From a virus (Duplodnaviria; Caudoviricetes), in the IMG/VR virus record IMGVR_UViG_3300024051_000088, positions 1 to 44,783 of that record: a DNA stretch of 44,783 nucleotides. One strand, given 5' to 3'. Under the pieces are notes generated by a model that made no database searches, had not been told where the DNA came from, and was given only the letters and a program-made list of their open reading frames with translations. The translations under genes were made by a program, and so were the position numbers. This document shows, piece by piece, positions 8,298 through 17,468 of the stretch. Numbering within the stretch: position 1 is the stretch's first letter; each line of letters begins with the position of its first letter.

Positions 8298-8953
8298 ACA
8301 TGGACGCCGTAATCCTCGAAGAGAAGCCGGACACCGGCATCACGATCGTCAAGGGGCGCGAGTGCATGATCGACGCGAAAGGACATGCGATGCCGCTGGC
8401 GAACATTGCGCCAGCCGACAAGCTGCAGGACGAGCTGGTGCGCAAGATCATGGGTTTCGCCATCGACCTCAGTGCGCAGATTTCGCGTTTTCGCGATCAT
8501 ACTATGGGCGACCTTTGCAGCTTCGATGATCTGCTTGCCCAGGAGTTCGGCGCGAAGATCGGCGGGAAGAAGGGCAACCGGACCTACCAGAGCTATGACG
8601 GCCTGCTTCAGGTGCGCGTGCAGATCGCCGATCGTATCGAGTTCGGTCCGGAGCTGCGGATCGCCAAGAGCCTCCTCGACGAGTGCCTCACCGAATGGTC
8701 GGCCGAGAGCCATCCGAAAATCCAGGCGATCGTGACGCGGGCCTTCAACACCGACAAGGAAGGCCAAATCAACAAGTCCGAGCTGTTCATGCTCTTGCGC
8801 CTTGAGATGGAGGATGCGCGCTGGAAGCGGGCCATGGAGGCTATCCGCGCATCGATCCGCGTCACGGGTTCGAAGGAGTATGTCCGCTTCTACCGCCGCC
8901 GCAATCTCGAAGCGGGCTGGGAAGCTGTCACCATCGATCTGGCCAAGGCGTGA
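8294..8953 (+). CDS. DUF3164 family protein
   Basis: GGKKGNRTYQSYDG...FGPELRIAKSLLDECL...GSKEYVRFYRR; typical of Mu-like early regions. Confidence 0.85.
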   Translation: MNMDAVILEEKPDTGITIVKGRECMIDAKGHAMPLANIAPADKLQDELVRKIMGFAIDLSAQISRFRDHTMGDLCSFDDLLAQEFGAKIGGKKGNRTYQSYDGLLQVRVQIADRIEFGPELRIAKSLLDECLTEWSAESHPKIQAIVTRAFNTDKEGQINKSELFMLLRLEMEDARWKRAMEAIRASIRVTGSKEYVRFYRRRNLEAGWEAVTIDLAKA

Positions 8954-8963
8954 GGGCGGAGCG

Positions 8964-9386
8964 ATGACCCACGCAAGCTACAACGATGCCCTCTTCCAGG
9001 AGGAAGCTCGCGTTGCCGCGATTTATCCGTTGGGGATGATCGGCGACCCCGAGAGCCCACCGGCATGGCTGGAGGAACTGCATGAGGCCGTGACGTCTCG
9101 CGGTCACTCGCTTTTCAAAGCCCTGCCTGAACTGAAGCATGATGCCAACGATGCGGCCGGTTGGGCTGACAGCTTGTTCATGAGTGGTCGCGCAGGTTTT
9201 ATCGTCTCGTATGAGGTTTGCGTGCGCCAGTACGTGAAGCCGCCATCGACGGCGTTTTACAGCGGCTGGGGCTATTACAGCACGGGCTATCTCTACGTCG
9301 AGACCGTTGACGAGATCGGGCCGGCCGTCCTCGTTGCGGCCAGAAAGCTTCACGAGATTAGTCGCGAGAAGGCGGGTGCGGAATGA
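8964..9386 (+). CDS. Hypothetical protein
   Basis: ATG at 8964 with GGAG SD; coupled to next gene. Confidence 0.7.
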   Translation: MTHASYNDALFQEEARVAAIYPLGMIGDPESPPAWLEELHEAVTSRGHSLFKALPELKHDANDAAGWADSLFMSGRAGFIVSYEVCVRQYVKPPSTAFYSGWGYYSTGYLYVETVDEIGPAVLVAARKLHEISREKAGAE

Positions 9387-9649
9387 CGCGCGGCCTCGCT
9401 CTCCTCCGTGCTGCCAAGCTGGCAGCACAAACCCGCTGCCCGGCCTGCGGTGCCAAGCGGGCGGAAACGATCGGCGCGAAACAGTCGCCGATCGCCATCT
9501 GCATCTACACCTGCTCGGCAGAGTTTCAGGTCGACGGGAACGGCGAAATCATTCCCTCGGTCGTTTGCCCGGCGCCGTCCTACGTCGCCGCCAGCGCCTT
9601 GAACGCTGAATCGCGCGCCGAGCTGCAGAACGTGGCAGGTGCAGCATGA
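9383..9649 (+). CDS. Hypothetical Cys-rich (Zn-ribbon-like) protein
   Basis: CPACG...C...C; coupled. Confidence 0.65.
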   Translation: MTRGLALLRAAKLAAQTRCPACGAKRAETIGAKQSPIAICIYTCSAEFQVDGNGEIIPSVVCPAPSYVAASALNAESRAELQNVAGAA

Positions 9650-9840
9650 GGCACTTCCACTCCATCAACCACATGGTCGAAGCCATGGCCGAGGAAGCCC
9701 GCCAGCGGGGCTGCGAGATCGAGCAGCGCGACGACCGGACGATCGCCGTCGTCACGATCGACTGCGAGTGCGGCTCTCACTCCGTTTCCGAGATCGACCT
9801 GACGGCAACCGCAACAGAAATTTGGGAGGCATTGTCGTGA
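9646..9840 (+). CDS. Hypothetical protein
   Basis: Coupled ORF. Confidence 0.65.
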   Translation: MRHFHSINHMVEAMAEEARQRGCEIEQRDDRTIAVVTIDCECGSHSVSEIDLTATATEIWEALS

Positions 9841-9956
9841 CCGAGCCATCCACTTGGGCTGATGCTGCCCAGACGTTTGCATTCTTCCTTGGCGTAGCCG
9901 TGTGCATCGTGGCCCACGGTTATTTCCGGGGACGGAACGGCCGAGGTGAGAAATGA
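9837..9956 (+). CDS. Small (39 aa) single-TM protein
   Basis: GTGA overlap, GGAGG SD; AQTFAFFLGVAVCIVAHGYF hydrophobic stretch followed by basic tail. Confidence 0.55.
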   Translation: MTEPSTWADAAQTFAFFLGVAVCIVAHGYFRGRNGRGEK

Positions 9957-10459
9957 CCGGCAAGCGCATCACGAAGACCGTCAATCTCAGTGCAGAGGAA
10001 ATAGCCGAACTGGAGCGTATAACCTTCGAGGCGCTGCCTGCAGGGGTACGCACCGAGCTGGCCTTCCTGCGTGGCGAGGTTGCCCGGTTCCGTTCGGACC
10101 GAGCCTACATCATCGGCCACAATGACGGCTGGCGGGACGCTCTCCGACAGGAAGTCTTCGCCGGGACCGTCGATGCGGACAATCCGCTTGAAGCCGCCGC
10201 TCGCGAAGCTGGCTGGGCGCTGATGGAGGTGGTTGACGAGATCGATTTCCGCAAGCGCGAAGAGGTCTCCGACATCGCCAGCCGGCTGGCCAAGGCACTT
10301 CTAGCCCATAGCGACGAGCAGGATGAATTGGCCAAGGCGCGTGTGGCGCTCGCCGAGGCCGCCAACTGGATCAATAGGCTTCCGATCCCGACGACGGGAG
10401 CAACGCGCATGCTCGGCATCGTCCGTGACGCCCTCTCAGCGAAGGGAGTTTCCAAATGA
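9953..10459 (+). CDS. Hypothetical protein
   Basis: Coupled ORF, GAGG SD. Confidence 0.7.
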   Translation: MTGKRITKTVNLSAEEIAELERITFEALPAGVRTELAFLRGEVARFRSDRAYIIGHNDGWRDALRQEVFAGTVDADNPLEAAAREAGWALMEVVDEIDFRKREEVSDIASRLAKALLAHSDEQDELAKARVALAEAANWINRLPIPTTGATRMLGIVRDALSAKGVSK

Positions 10460-10782
10460 GCTACTACGCCCTGACGGATAGCGATTGGCCTTGGGATGAC
10501 GAACATGAGGGTCGCGCCCTCGTGGTTCGCGCTGATACGCCCCAAGAGGCCGTAAAGGTGGCCACCGAAAAGCACCTCAAGGAATTCCCCGGTGCTGGCG
10601 GCATCTGCTGGAAGGTCGCCCGCCTATGGAATGTCGGCCTCGAAATGGTCGATTGGGAAGACGACAACAAGCCGAATTATGACGGCTTCACCTATTATCC
10701 GCCCGGCTCGAACGGCCCGCTTGATCTGCCGCCCGAGGACCTGGTCGCCGAGGTGCTTTCCGGAACCGGAGGCGAAACATGA
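10456..10782 (+). CDS. Hypothetical acidic protein
   Basis: Coupled ORF, GGGAG SD. Confidence 0.7.
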   Translation: MSYYALTDSDWPWDDEHEGRALVVRADTPQEAVKVATEKHLKEFPGAGGICWKVARLWNVGLEMVDWEDDNKPNYDGFTYYPPGSNGPLDLPPEDLVAEVLSGTGGET

Positions 10783-11276
10783 GCTGCGGCCAGTATATCC
10801 CCGAGGTGACGGCCCTTCTCGACCAAATCCGTCCGATCATCGGCAAAATGCCGATCCGATATCCGCGCTGGATTAGCACGCCGGATGGCGACCTCGGCAG
10901 CGAGTGGTGTAGCGATTGCGGTTACTTCAAAGTGCGCAACCTTCGCCACAGTGACCGCAAGCGCCAGCGCGACTACTTTCTCGACGGCGGGTGGCGCACG
11001 GAGGAGGATCACTTCTGCTTCTGCGAAGGCTGCGGCGTTCGTTTGAACGTCTGCCTCACCGACTATGGCGCCGAGGAGGCAATCCGCACCTTTGAGGAAT
11101 GCGGTCTCTCAACGGCCCAGGACCAAGATGCCTATGAACTTGTCGAGCTGCTGGAGCGGGTCGAATATGCGTCGAACTCCGGCGACAACCCGGAGCAAAG
11201 AGCCGCCGTCGTCGCCATCGCGCAAACCTTCCTTGCGCAGGCATCCCCCATCATCTCATCCGGGGGCGAACAGTGA
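10779..11276 (+). CDS. Hypothetical Zn-binding protein
   Basis: CSDC...CFCEGC; coupled. Confidence 0.7.
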   Translation: MSCGQYIPEVTALLDQIRPIIGKMPIRYPRWISTPDGDLGSEWCSDCGYFKVRNLRHSDRKRQRDYFLDGGWRTEEDHFCFCEGCGVRLNVCLTDYGAEEAIRTFEECGLSTAQDQDAYELVELLERVEYASNSGDNPEQRAAVVAIAQTFLAQASPIISSGGEQ

Positions 11277-11494
11277 CCCAGCGGATCGACCTCGAATACC
11301 AAGTCGCCGAGCTTTTCCGTCTGAAGTTGGAAGAGTTCGCCGACTGGTGCGCCGAGAACTGGACCGTCACCGAACTCCAAGCCAAAGCCGACAACGTTTT
11401 TGACGCGAAGCCCGCCGGCTATCGCGAGGGTTACAACGCAGCGGTCGAAGGCCTGCGAGGCGCGGTTGACTGCTTTCTAGAGGAAAAGCCATGA
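11273..11494 (+). CDS. Hypothetical protein
   Basis: GTGA coupling. Confidence 0.65.
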   Translation: MTQRIDLEYQVAELFRLKLEEFADWCAENWTVTELQAKADNVFDAKPAGYREGYNAAVEGLRGAVDCFLEEKP

Positions 11495-11946
11495 GCCGCA
11501 TCTATCTCGCATCCAGCTGGCGCAACCCCTACCAGCCCGACGCCGTCGCCATGCTGCGCGCAGCCGGGCACGAGGTCTACGATTTCCGCAACCCGCCGAA
11601 TGGCGTGAAGGGTTTCGCCTGGTCGGAAATCGATCCGGACTGGCTTGGCTGGAAAGCTGAGACCTACCGCGATCTTCTCACCACGCACCCGATCGCATCG
11701 CGCGGCTACCTCAATGACTTCCGGGGTATGGAATGGGCTGATACCTGCGTCCTGCTCTTGCCGTGCGGCCGGTCGGCACACCTTGAGGCGGGATGGTTTG
11801 CCGGACGTGGCAAGCGCCTGATCATCTGGACCCGCGACGACGAAGAGCCCGAGCTGATGGCGCTTATGGCAAACGCGATCTGCGTCAACGGTGAAGAAGT
11901 TCTCCGCGCGCTCGACGGTCAGCCCATCGTCGGAGCCGCAGCATGA
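11491..11946 (+). CDS. Nucleoside 2-deoxyribosyltransferase/nucleotide N-glycosidase-like protein
   Basis: IYLASSW...D...ADTCVLLLPCGRSAHLEAGWFAGRGKRLII matches the NDT fold pattern. Confidence 0.7.
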   Translation: MSRIYLASSWRNPYQPDAVAMLRAAGHEVYDFRNPPNGVKGFAWSEIDPDWLGWKAETYRDLLTTHPIASRGYLNDFRGMEWADTCVLLLPCGRSAHLEAGWFAGRGKRLIIWTRDDEEPELMALMANAICVNGEEVLRALDGQPIVGAAA

Positions 11947-12338
11947 CACGCGAAACAATCTCGCTCGACGAATTCCGCGCGCGCCTCAAGGCGCAGGCCG
12001 TCAGTTCGCGCGTCCATTTTGCCCTGAAGTGCCCGATGTGCGCCACGGTGCAATCTATCCAGAGCTTCCTTTGCGCCGGCACAGACCAGGAGCAGGCAGA
12101 GACGTTCATTGGCTTCTCTTGCGTCGGTCGTGTCACCGGCGCGCCTAGCCCCCGCAAGGAGCCCGATGGCGAGCCCTGCAACTGGACGCTCGGCGGCCTC
12201 CTCCGGATGCACGATCTTGAAGTCGTGGACGAGGGAGGGACCAAACATCCGCATTTTGTCATCGCCTCCCCGGAAGAGGCTCAGGCACTTGAGGCGGAAC
12301 ATGCCGCCAGAACTGCTTCCGGAGGCGACCATGGCTGA
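11943..12338 (+). CDS. VVA0879-like Cys-rich phage protein
   Basis: FALKCPMCATVQS...GFSCVGR...CNWTLGGL. Confidence 0.65.
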   Translation: MTRETISLDEFRARLKAQAVSSRVHFALKCPMCATVQSIQSFLCAGTDQEQAETFIGFSCVGRVTGAPSPRKEPDGEPCNWTLGGLLRMHDLEVVDEGGTKHPHFVIASPEEAQALEAEHAARTASGGDHG

Positions 12339-12564
12339 AGCCGAAGAAGAATTCGTCTGCTCGTACCGCCATGCCGGCCACACCTACGGCATCAACATCC
12401 ACGCACGCGATTTCAAGGACGCCTCCGCCCGCCTTCGCGCGATCGGCACGACCGGTTCCGTCGATGGCACGCTCGTCGCCAAAATCTACCTGACGCCCAG
12501 CGCCGGCTTTCGCCGTCGTTTCAAGACGGCGATCGCGATACTTTTCGGGAGGAACACGCCATGA
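12331..12564 (+). CDS. Hypothetical protein
   Basis: ATG at 12331 with GGAGG SD. Confidence 0.65.
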   Translation: MAEAEEEFVCSYRHAGHTYGINIHARDFKDASARLRAIGTTGSVDGTLVAKIYLTPSAGFRRRFKTAIAILFGRNTP

Positions 12565-13208
12565 CCTCGACGATCGCCGCCATCCACGTCGGCTGCAAAC
12601 AGCTCGGCATCGACGATGATGCGAAGCGGGCCATCTACGCCCGCATTACCGGCAAGGCCAGCCTGACCCTCATGAAGCCTGCGGAGAAAGACGCCGTGCT
12701 TCAGGAGCTGCGCCGGCTCGGTTTTTCCACCATCGCGCGCCGGCCGAACGGCAAGCAGCAGCTCACCGGCAAGTTTGCGAAAAAGCTCCAGGCGCTCTGG
12801 ATCGGCGCGTGGAACCTCGGCCTGGTCAAGGAACGCGACGATGCCGCCCTGGTCGCGTTCGTGAAACGTCAGACCGGTCTCGACCAGGTGCGTTTCCTGC
12901 ACCATGCCGACGATGCCCGTGCCGTTGTCGAGGCGCTGAAGAGCTGGATGCAGCGCGAGGCACGCGTGATGTTCGGAAACCTGAACGGCCAGGACTGGCT
13001 TGTCGCTGATGGCGCGAAGATTGCTTGGGCGCAGTGGCGCATCCTCAACCCCGGCGCGGACCTGATCGTGCGCAAGGGATTCGACGCCGAGGTCTACACG
13101 ATTATCGGCAGCACGCGCGCATACCTGGGCGATGTTAAAGGCAAGGAATGGCAGGCCGTCATGAATGAACTCGGCCGGCGCATCCGCGCCCGGAAGGCGG
13201 GTGCATGA
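12561..13208 (+). CDS. gemA: GemA (Mu gp16/DUF1018) family regulatory protein
   Basis: IHVGCKQLGIDDDAKRAIYARITGKASL...KLQALW...ALVAFVKRQTG...VVEALKSW. Confidence 0.9.
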   Translation: MTSTIAAIHVGCKQLGIDDDAKRAIYARITGKASLTLMKPAEKDAVLQELRRLGFSTIARRPNGKQQLTGKFAKKLQALWIGAWNLGLVKERDDAALVAFVKRQTGLDQVRFLHHADDARAVVEALKSWMQREARVMFGNLNGQDWLVADGAKIAWAQWRILNPGADLIVRKGFDAEVYTIIGSTRAYLGDVKGKEWQAVMNELGRRIRARKAGA

Positions 13209-13948
13209 TGCGCTCCAGCAACGTGATGAACTCCCGCCACCATCCGAGCGATTCCCTGGACTATTTCCCGACCCCGCCCTGGGCGACCCGCGCCGTTCTG
13301 CATGAGGTGCTGATCCCGCGCCAGAACTTCTGGTACCAGCTCCGCGACCTGATCGCACTCGACCCCTGCTACGGCGGTGGCCATATGGTCGCGCCGCTTC
13401 AGGAGGTCTTTGACCTCGTCGAGTTTTCCGACGTGCATGATTGGGGCTTTTCCCCGCCGATCCGCGACTTCACGTTCGAAACCGTCGCGACACTCGAAGC
13501 GGACGGGCGCAACCGGCCGGACTGGATCTTCTGCAATCCGCCCTTCAAGATCGCCCAGGTCTTCCTCGAGCGTGCCTTGTCGATCGCCCGCATGGGCTGC
13601 GCGTTCTTCGTCCGTGTCGGCTGGCTTTCCGGGCAGGAGCGCTACGACCTCATCTATCGCGACAATCCGCCGACCTTCGTCGTGCACTTCGCCGAGCGGG
13701 TATCGCTGATCGAAAAGGCTTGGGATCCGGAGGTCAAAGGCGCGACCGACTATGTGTGGCTCATCTGGATCGACGGCATGCGCCCGCAGCCGCCGATCTG
13801 GCTCCGGCCGGACATGGAAGAAAAGTACACCCGCGCCTCGGACATGGTGCTGGCCACGCCCGGCGAGGCCAAGCGCCGCCTGGATGCGAAGAAGAAGCGG
13901 GAGAAGGAAGAGGCCGAACGCCGCGCGGCAGAACAGGCGGGCGTGTGA
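13205..13948 (+). CDS. SAM-dependent DNA amino-methyltransferase
   Basis: DYFPTPPWAT, motif I LDPCYGGGHM, catalytic motif IV NPPF. Confidence 0.85.
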   Translation: MMRSSNVMNSRHHPSDSLDYFPTPPWATRAVLHEVLIPRQNFWYQLRDLIALDPCYGGGHMVAPLQEVFDLVEFSDVHDWGFSPPIRDFTFETVATLEADGRNRPDWIFCNPPFKIAQVFLERALSIARMGCAFFVRVGWLSGQERYDLIYRDNPPTFVVHFAERVSLIEKAWDPEVKGATDYVWLIWIDGMRPQPPIWLRPDMEEKYTRASDMVLATPGEAKRRLDAKKKREKEEAERRAAEQAGV

Positions 13949-14379
13949 TGGTCGCCTATAATTTCAAGAAATACTTCGCCCCGCAGATCGCCGACCACAC
14001 GAAGACCCACACCATCAGGGGCAATCGCCGTCGTCATGCACATGTCGGCGAGCCGGTGCAGCTCTATACCGGCCTGCGCACCAAGCACGTCGGGAAGATC
14101 ATCGCCGACCCGACCTGCATCGCCGTTTTGCCGATCGTCATCGTCTCGACGGACCTGATCGACGCCGGCATCGCCTACATCGAGGTCGATGGCATTCCAC
14201 TCCGACGCGATGAGATCGAAGGCTTCGCTGCCCGCGACGGCTTCGATCCGGTGCGCCTGGCTGGACTTGCCCCGCGCGCCCTGATCGGTGCCACGGCCCG
14301 CGAGACCATGGGCCGCTTCTGGCGCGCCCAAAACGCCGGCTCTCGATTCGAGGGCGTCATCATCCGGTGGGAGCCCTGA
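13948..14379 (+). CDS. ASCH/PUA-like domain protein
   Basis: NFKKYFAPQIADHTKTHTIR...VGEPVQLYTGLR...FAARDGF. Confidence 0.7.
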   Translation: MVAYNFKKYFAPQIADHTKTHTIRGNRRRHAHVGEPVQLYTGLRTKHVGKIIADPTCIAVLPIVIVSTDLIDAGIAYIEVDGIPLRRDEIEGFAARDGFDPVRLAGLAPRALIGATARETMGRFWRAQNAGSRFEGVIIRWEP

Positions 14380-14381
14380 CC

Positions 14382-14579
14382 ATGGCCTCGACGCTGCCCT
14401 TGTTCGAAGACCAGACTTTGAAGTGCATTCGAGAGGAGCGTGAACAGCTCTTGAAGAAGCTTCAACGCGGTGGCGTCGATGCCCACACCCGCATCAAGCG
14501 GGAAGAGAAGCTCAAGCTCCTTACGGCCCAGCAGATCGAGATCGAGATGGTCTGCGGGCTTGGAGGTCGCCGTGGCTGA
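14382..14579 (+). CDS. Hypothetical protein
   Basis: ATG at 14382 with GGGAG SD. Confidence 0.6.
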   Translation: MASTLPLFEDQTLKCIREEREQLLKKLQRGGVDAHTRIKREEKLKLLTAQQIEIEMVCGLGGRRG

Positions 14580-14952
14580 TCTCACCAACGAGCTGTTGAC
14601 CGCCCTCGGCGAAGACGATTTCATCGTGCTGACCGAAAAGTTCGGCGGATTGCGATTGTTCGTGCCGGGCGATATCGGCCGTTCCGAGCTTCCGAACACC
14701 CTTGGCGCCACCGCCGCATTGCGTCTTTCCAAGCTTTATCCAGGCGGCTATATACGAGTGCCGCTCGCCCGCGAGATCCGCGCAGCTCGTTACCGCCAGT
14801 CCGGCATGAGCAACCGCGATATCGCCCGATCGCTGGGCATCGCCGAAACGTCGGTGGACAAGCTCATCAAGCGGGTTCGGCGCGAAAAGCCCGAGGCCGT
14901 TGCCCGGCCCAAAGACACCCGCCAGCTCGACATTCTCGACCTCCTGAAGTGA
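14572..14952 (+). CDS. Mor/C-family late transcription activator
   Basis: GTG start with GGAGG SD; LTEKFGGLRLFVP...YIRVPL...SNRDIARSLGIAETSV; immediately before the late genes. Confidence 0.85.
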   Translation: MADLTNELLTALGEDDFIVLTEKFGGLRLFVPGDIGRSELPNTLGATAALRLSKLYPGGYIRVPLAREIRAARYRQSGMSNRDIARSLGIAETSVDKLIKRVRREKPEAVARPKDTRQLDILDLLK

Positions 14953-14953
14953 C

Positions 14954-15001
14954 CCGCCCGCCACGGCGGGCATGAACCACTCTCCCCCCTCTCGGTAGTT
15001 T
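14954..15001 (+). promoter_or_regulatory. Late promoter 1 (lysis/packaging operon)
   Basis: CCGCCCGCCACGGCGGGCATGAAC-N18-TAGTTT. Confidence 0.75.
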
Positions 15002-15054
15002 CGTCCTCAGATCGCCGGCCGCTTTGGCCGGTTTGTTTTCATCTGGGGGCATCC

Positions 15055-16026
15055 ATGGACATGCGCGTCAGCCCGAAGGGGCGAAGCTTTCTCATCGGTC
15101 ACGAAGGCGTGGTCCTGAAGGCCTACCGCTGCCCGGCAAACATCATCACCATCGGCTCGGGCCTGACCGCCGCATCCGGCGTCATCGTGCCGAAGCTGGG
15201 CATGACCATCACACCCGAAGAAAACGAACGCCTCGTCGATCTCGCCCTGACCCGCAACTACCTCCCGCGTGTCACCAAGGCCCTTCAGGGAACCACCGCC
15301 CAGCATGTCATCGATGGCGCCACCTCGTTCGATTTCAATACGGGCGCGATTCTCAAAGCGTCTTGGGTCAAGGCGCTCTTGAAAGGCGCTCGTGACGCGG
15401 CTCGAAAAGGCATCGCCGCCTGGAACAAGGGTGGCGGCAAGGTGCTGAAAGGTCTTGTCCGCCGTCGCGCCGAAGAGGCCGACATGATCCTGCTCGGCAA
15501 GTATCCGGCATGGGTTCACGTTCCGGCTCTCGCAGCGCCGACCGTCGAAAGCCCCGACTTCGCCGCCTACGTCGTATCCGTGACCGAAGAGGAGCGCGAG
15601 GAAATCCGCTCTGCCTTCGCACGGCTGGGCTTCGACGTCGGAACGGTGAAGGGCCTCGTCGCCCGCAAGGCCGTTGAAGACTTCCAGCGCGCCCGCGATC
15701 TCACGGTTGACGGCAAGATCGGCCGCGCGACGCTCGCCACCCTTCAGCGCGAAATCGACGCAAAGGCGAAGTCCACGAATGCCGCCGCCACCTCGGCAGG
15801 CGGCGCTGGCGTTGCCGGTGGCGCTGAGGCGGTCAATGTCGGCGTCGATCCCGCCACGATCGACGTGTCGGGGATTTCTCCGGACGCGGTTTTCTGGGTC
15901 GGCGGCGGCGTGGCGGCGCTCGGCCTGATCTATGCCGGCTACCTCGCCTGGACGTATCGCGATCTCATCGCCGCCCGCCTCAACGAAAAGCTGCCGCGTG
16001 TCGCGGCCTCACTCCGGAGCTTCTGA
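15055..16026 (+). CDS. Endolysin: GH24 lysozyme, peptidoglycan-binding domain and C-terminal TM
   Basis: HEGVVLKAYRCPANIITIG; GLVRRRAEEA; AVEDFQRARDLTVDGKIGRAT; hydrophobic C-terminus. Confidence 0.9.
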   Translation: MDMRVSPKGRSFLIGHEGVVLKAYRCPANIITIGSGLTAASGVIVPKLGMTITPEENERLVDLALTRNYLPRVTKALQGTTAQHVIDGATSFDFNTGAILKASWVKALLKGARDAARKGIAAWNKGGGKVLKGLVRRRAEEADMILLGKYPAWVHVPALAAPTVESPDFAAYVVSVTEEEREEIRSAFARLGFDVGTVKGLVARKAVEDFQRARDLTVDGKIGRATLATLQREIDAKAKSTNAAATSAGGAGVAGGAEAVNVGVDPATIDVSGISPDAVFWVGGGVAALGLIYAGYLAWTYRDLIAARLNEKLPRVAASLRSF

Positions 16027-16027
16027 C

Positions 16028-16552
16028 ATGTCCGCTGTTGCCGTCATCCTGGGCATGGCCGCGAAGATCGGTGCGCCGATCGTGAAGTCCATCATCGAAA
16101 AGAAGATCGGCGGCACGGCCGGCGATCTGGCAGGCGCCGTCGTCGATGCCGTCGCGGAGAAGGTCGGCGTGCCGCCCGGAGATCTGGCGACCGCCGAGGT
16201 CAGCAAGGTCGAAGCGGCCGTTCGCGAGGTCGAGGCCGAGGCCCCGGAAATGATCGCGGTATGGGAACAGGGCCTCGCCGGTCAGTTCGCCCTTCTCCAG
16301 GCGGAGACCGCCGAGGGCTTCTGGCAGAGCGCCTGGCGCTGGGGCTGGATGTACCTGCTGGCGTTCTTCTGGTTCAACGCCATCCTCTTGTTCCCGATCA
16401 TGCGGGCAACCGGCATCGCGATCGAGCCGATCGAGCTGCCCGTTCTGGTCACGCTCACCGGCTGGTTCATCACCTTGTACATGGGCGGTCATACGGCCAA
16501 GGAGATCGGCAGGCAGGCCGTCGAGGCCGTGAAGACCTGGCGGGCGAAATGA
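16028..16552 (+). CDS. Holin-like membrane protein
   Basis: Hydrophobic segments after WQSAWRWGW; follows the endolysin. Confidence 0.65.
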   Translation: MSAVAVILGMAAKIGAPIVKSIIEKKIGGTAGDLAGAVVDAVAEKVGVPPGDLATAEVSKVEAAVREVEAEAPEMIAVWEQGLAGQFALLQAETAEGFWQSAWRWGWMYLLAFFWFNAILLFPIMRATGIAIEPIELPVLVTLTGWFITLYMGGHTAKEIGRQAVEAVKTWRAK

Positions 16553-16773
16553 ACTTCGGCGGAGATGCAGCCCTAGATCTTGCCGCCGAGCTGGCGACCC
16601 AGGAGCGGGACGCCGGTATCGCCAGCGCCCGCGCCGAACTGACGAAAACCGGCCGGGAGGAATGCGTTGACTGCGGTTGCAGCATCTCTATCGCCCGCCG
16701 CCGCGTTTACCCCTCCGCCACCCGATGCCTGGAATGCCAGCAGATCGCCGAGAAGGAAGCGAACATACGATGA
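16549..16773 (+). CDS. TraR/DksA C4 zinc-finger protein
   Basis: CVDCGCSISIARRRVYPSATRCLECQ. Confidence 0.85.
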   Translation: MNFGGDAALDLAAELATQERDAGIASARAELTKTGREECVDCGCSISIARRRVYPSATRCLECQQIAEKEANIR

Positions 16774-17165
16774 CCCCAGCGGAATACCTGCTTTATGCCA
16801 ACACCGCGCTGGCATCGCTTGCGATCCTCGGCCATCTGAAGAGCTACTTTTCCTCCGGTGAAAAGACCCTCGGGGAAAAACTTGCCACGGCCGAGAAGAC
16901 GCTTTCGGAGAAGCTCGCCTCGATCGACAAGAAACTCGACGAGCGTCTGACCAAGGTCGAAAGCAAACTCGTCGAGTACGACCGGCGCATCCAGTCGCTC
17001 GAAGGCGAGATGAAGCATCTGCCGACGCGCGAAGCCCAGCACAAGCTCGAAGTCAGCATGGAGAAGATGAGCGGCCGGATGGACACGCTCGTCGAGAGCT
17101 TGAAGCCGATAGCGGCCACCAGCGGCCGCTTGCAGGAATTCCTCCTCGAACAGGTACAGAAGTGA
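16770..17165 (+). CDS. DUF2730-like (Mu gp25-like) protein
   Basis: N-terminal TM, coiled coil, MKHLPT motif. Confidence 0.7.
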   Translation: MTPAEYLLYANTALASLAILGHLKSYFSSGEKTLGEKLATAEKTLSEKLASIDKKLDERLTKVESKLVEYDRRIQSLEGEMKHLPTREAQHKLEVSMEKMSGRMDTLVESLKPIAATSGRLQEFLLEQVQK

Positions 17166-17467
17166 GCTTTGAAAGTATCATGGAAGAAGAAGCACGCCTC
17201 GCCATTTTGAAAGAACTCGCCAAAGAGGACAACAAGGCGATGTCCTCGGCGCGCATGCAGAAGTTTCTCCTGAAGAGCCTCTGGATCGACAAGCCGCGCG
17301 AGTGGGTCGAAAAGCAGTACCTCTACCTGCGCGACATGGGCGCTGTGACGATCGTCCAGGCCGATACGGTCAAGATCGCCCGGCTCACCGATCGCGGCGA
17401 ATTCCACCTTCAGTGCGTCATCACGATCCCCGGCGTCGATTCCCCGACCGCACGCGGCGGTGCATGA
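17162..17467 (+). CDS. Mu gp26-like winged-helix protein
   Basis: EEARLAILKEL...ARLTDRG...IPGV; position before terminase. Confidence 0.7.
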   Translation: MSFESIMEEEARLAILKELAKEDNKAMSSARMQKFLLKSLWIDKPREWVEKQYLYLRDMGAVTIVQADTVKIARLTDRGEFHLQCVITIPGVDSPTARGGA

Positions 17468-17468
17468 T

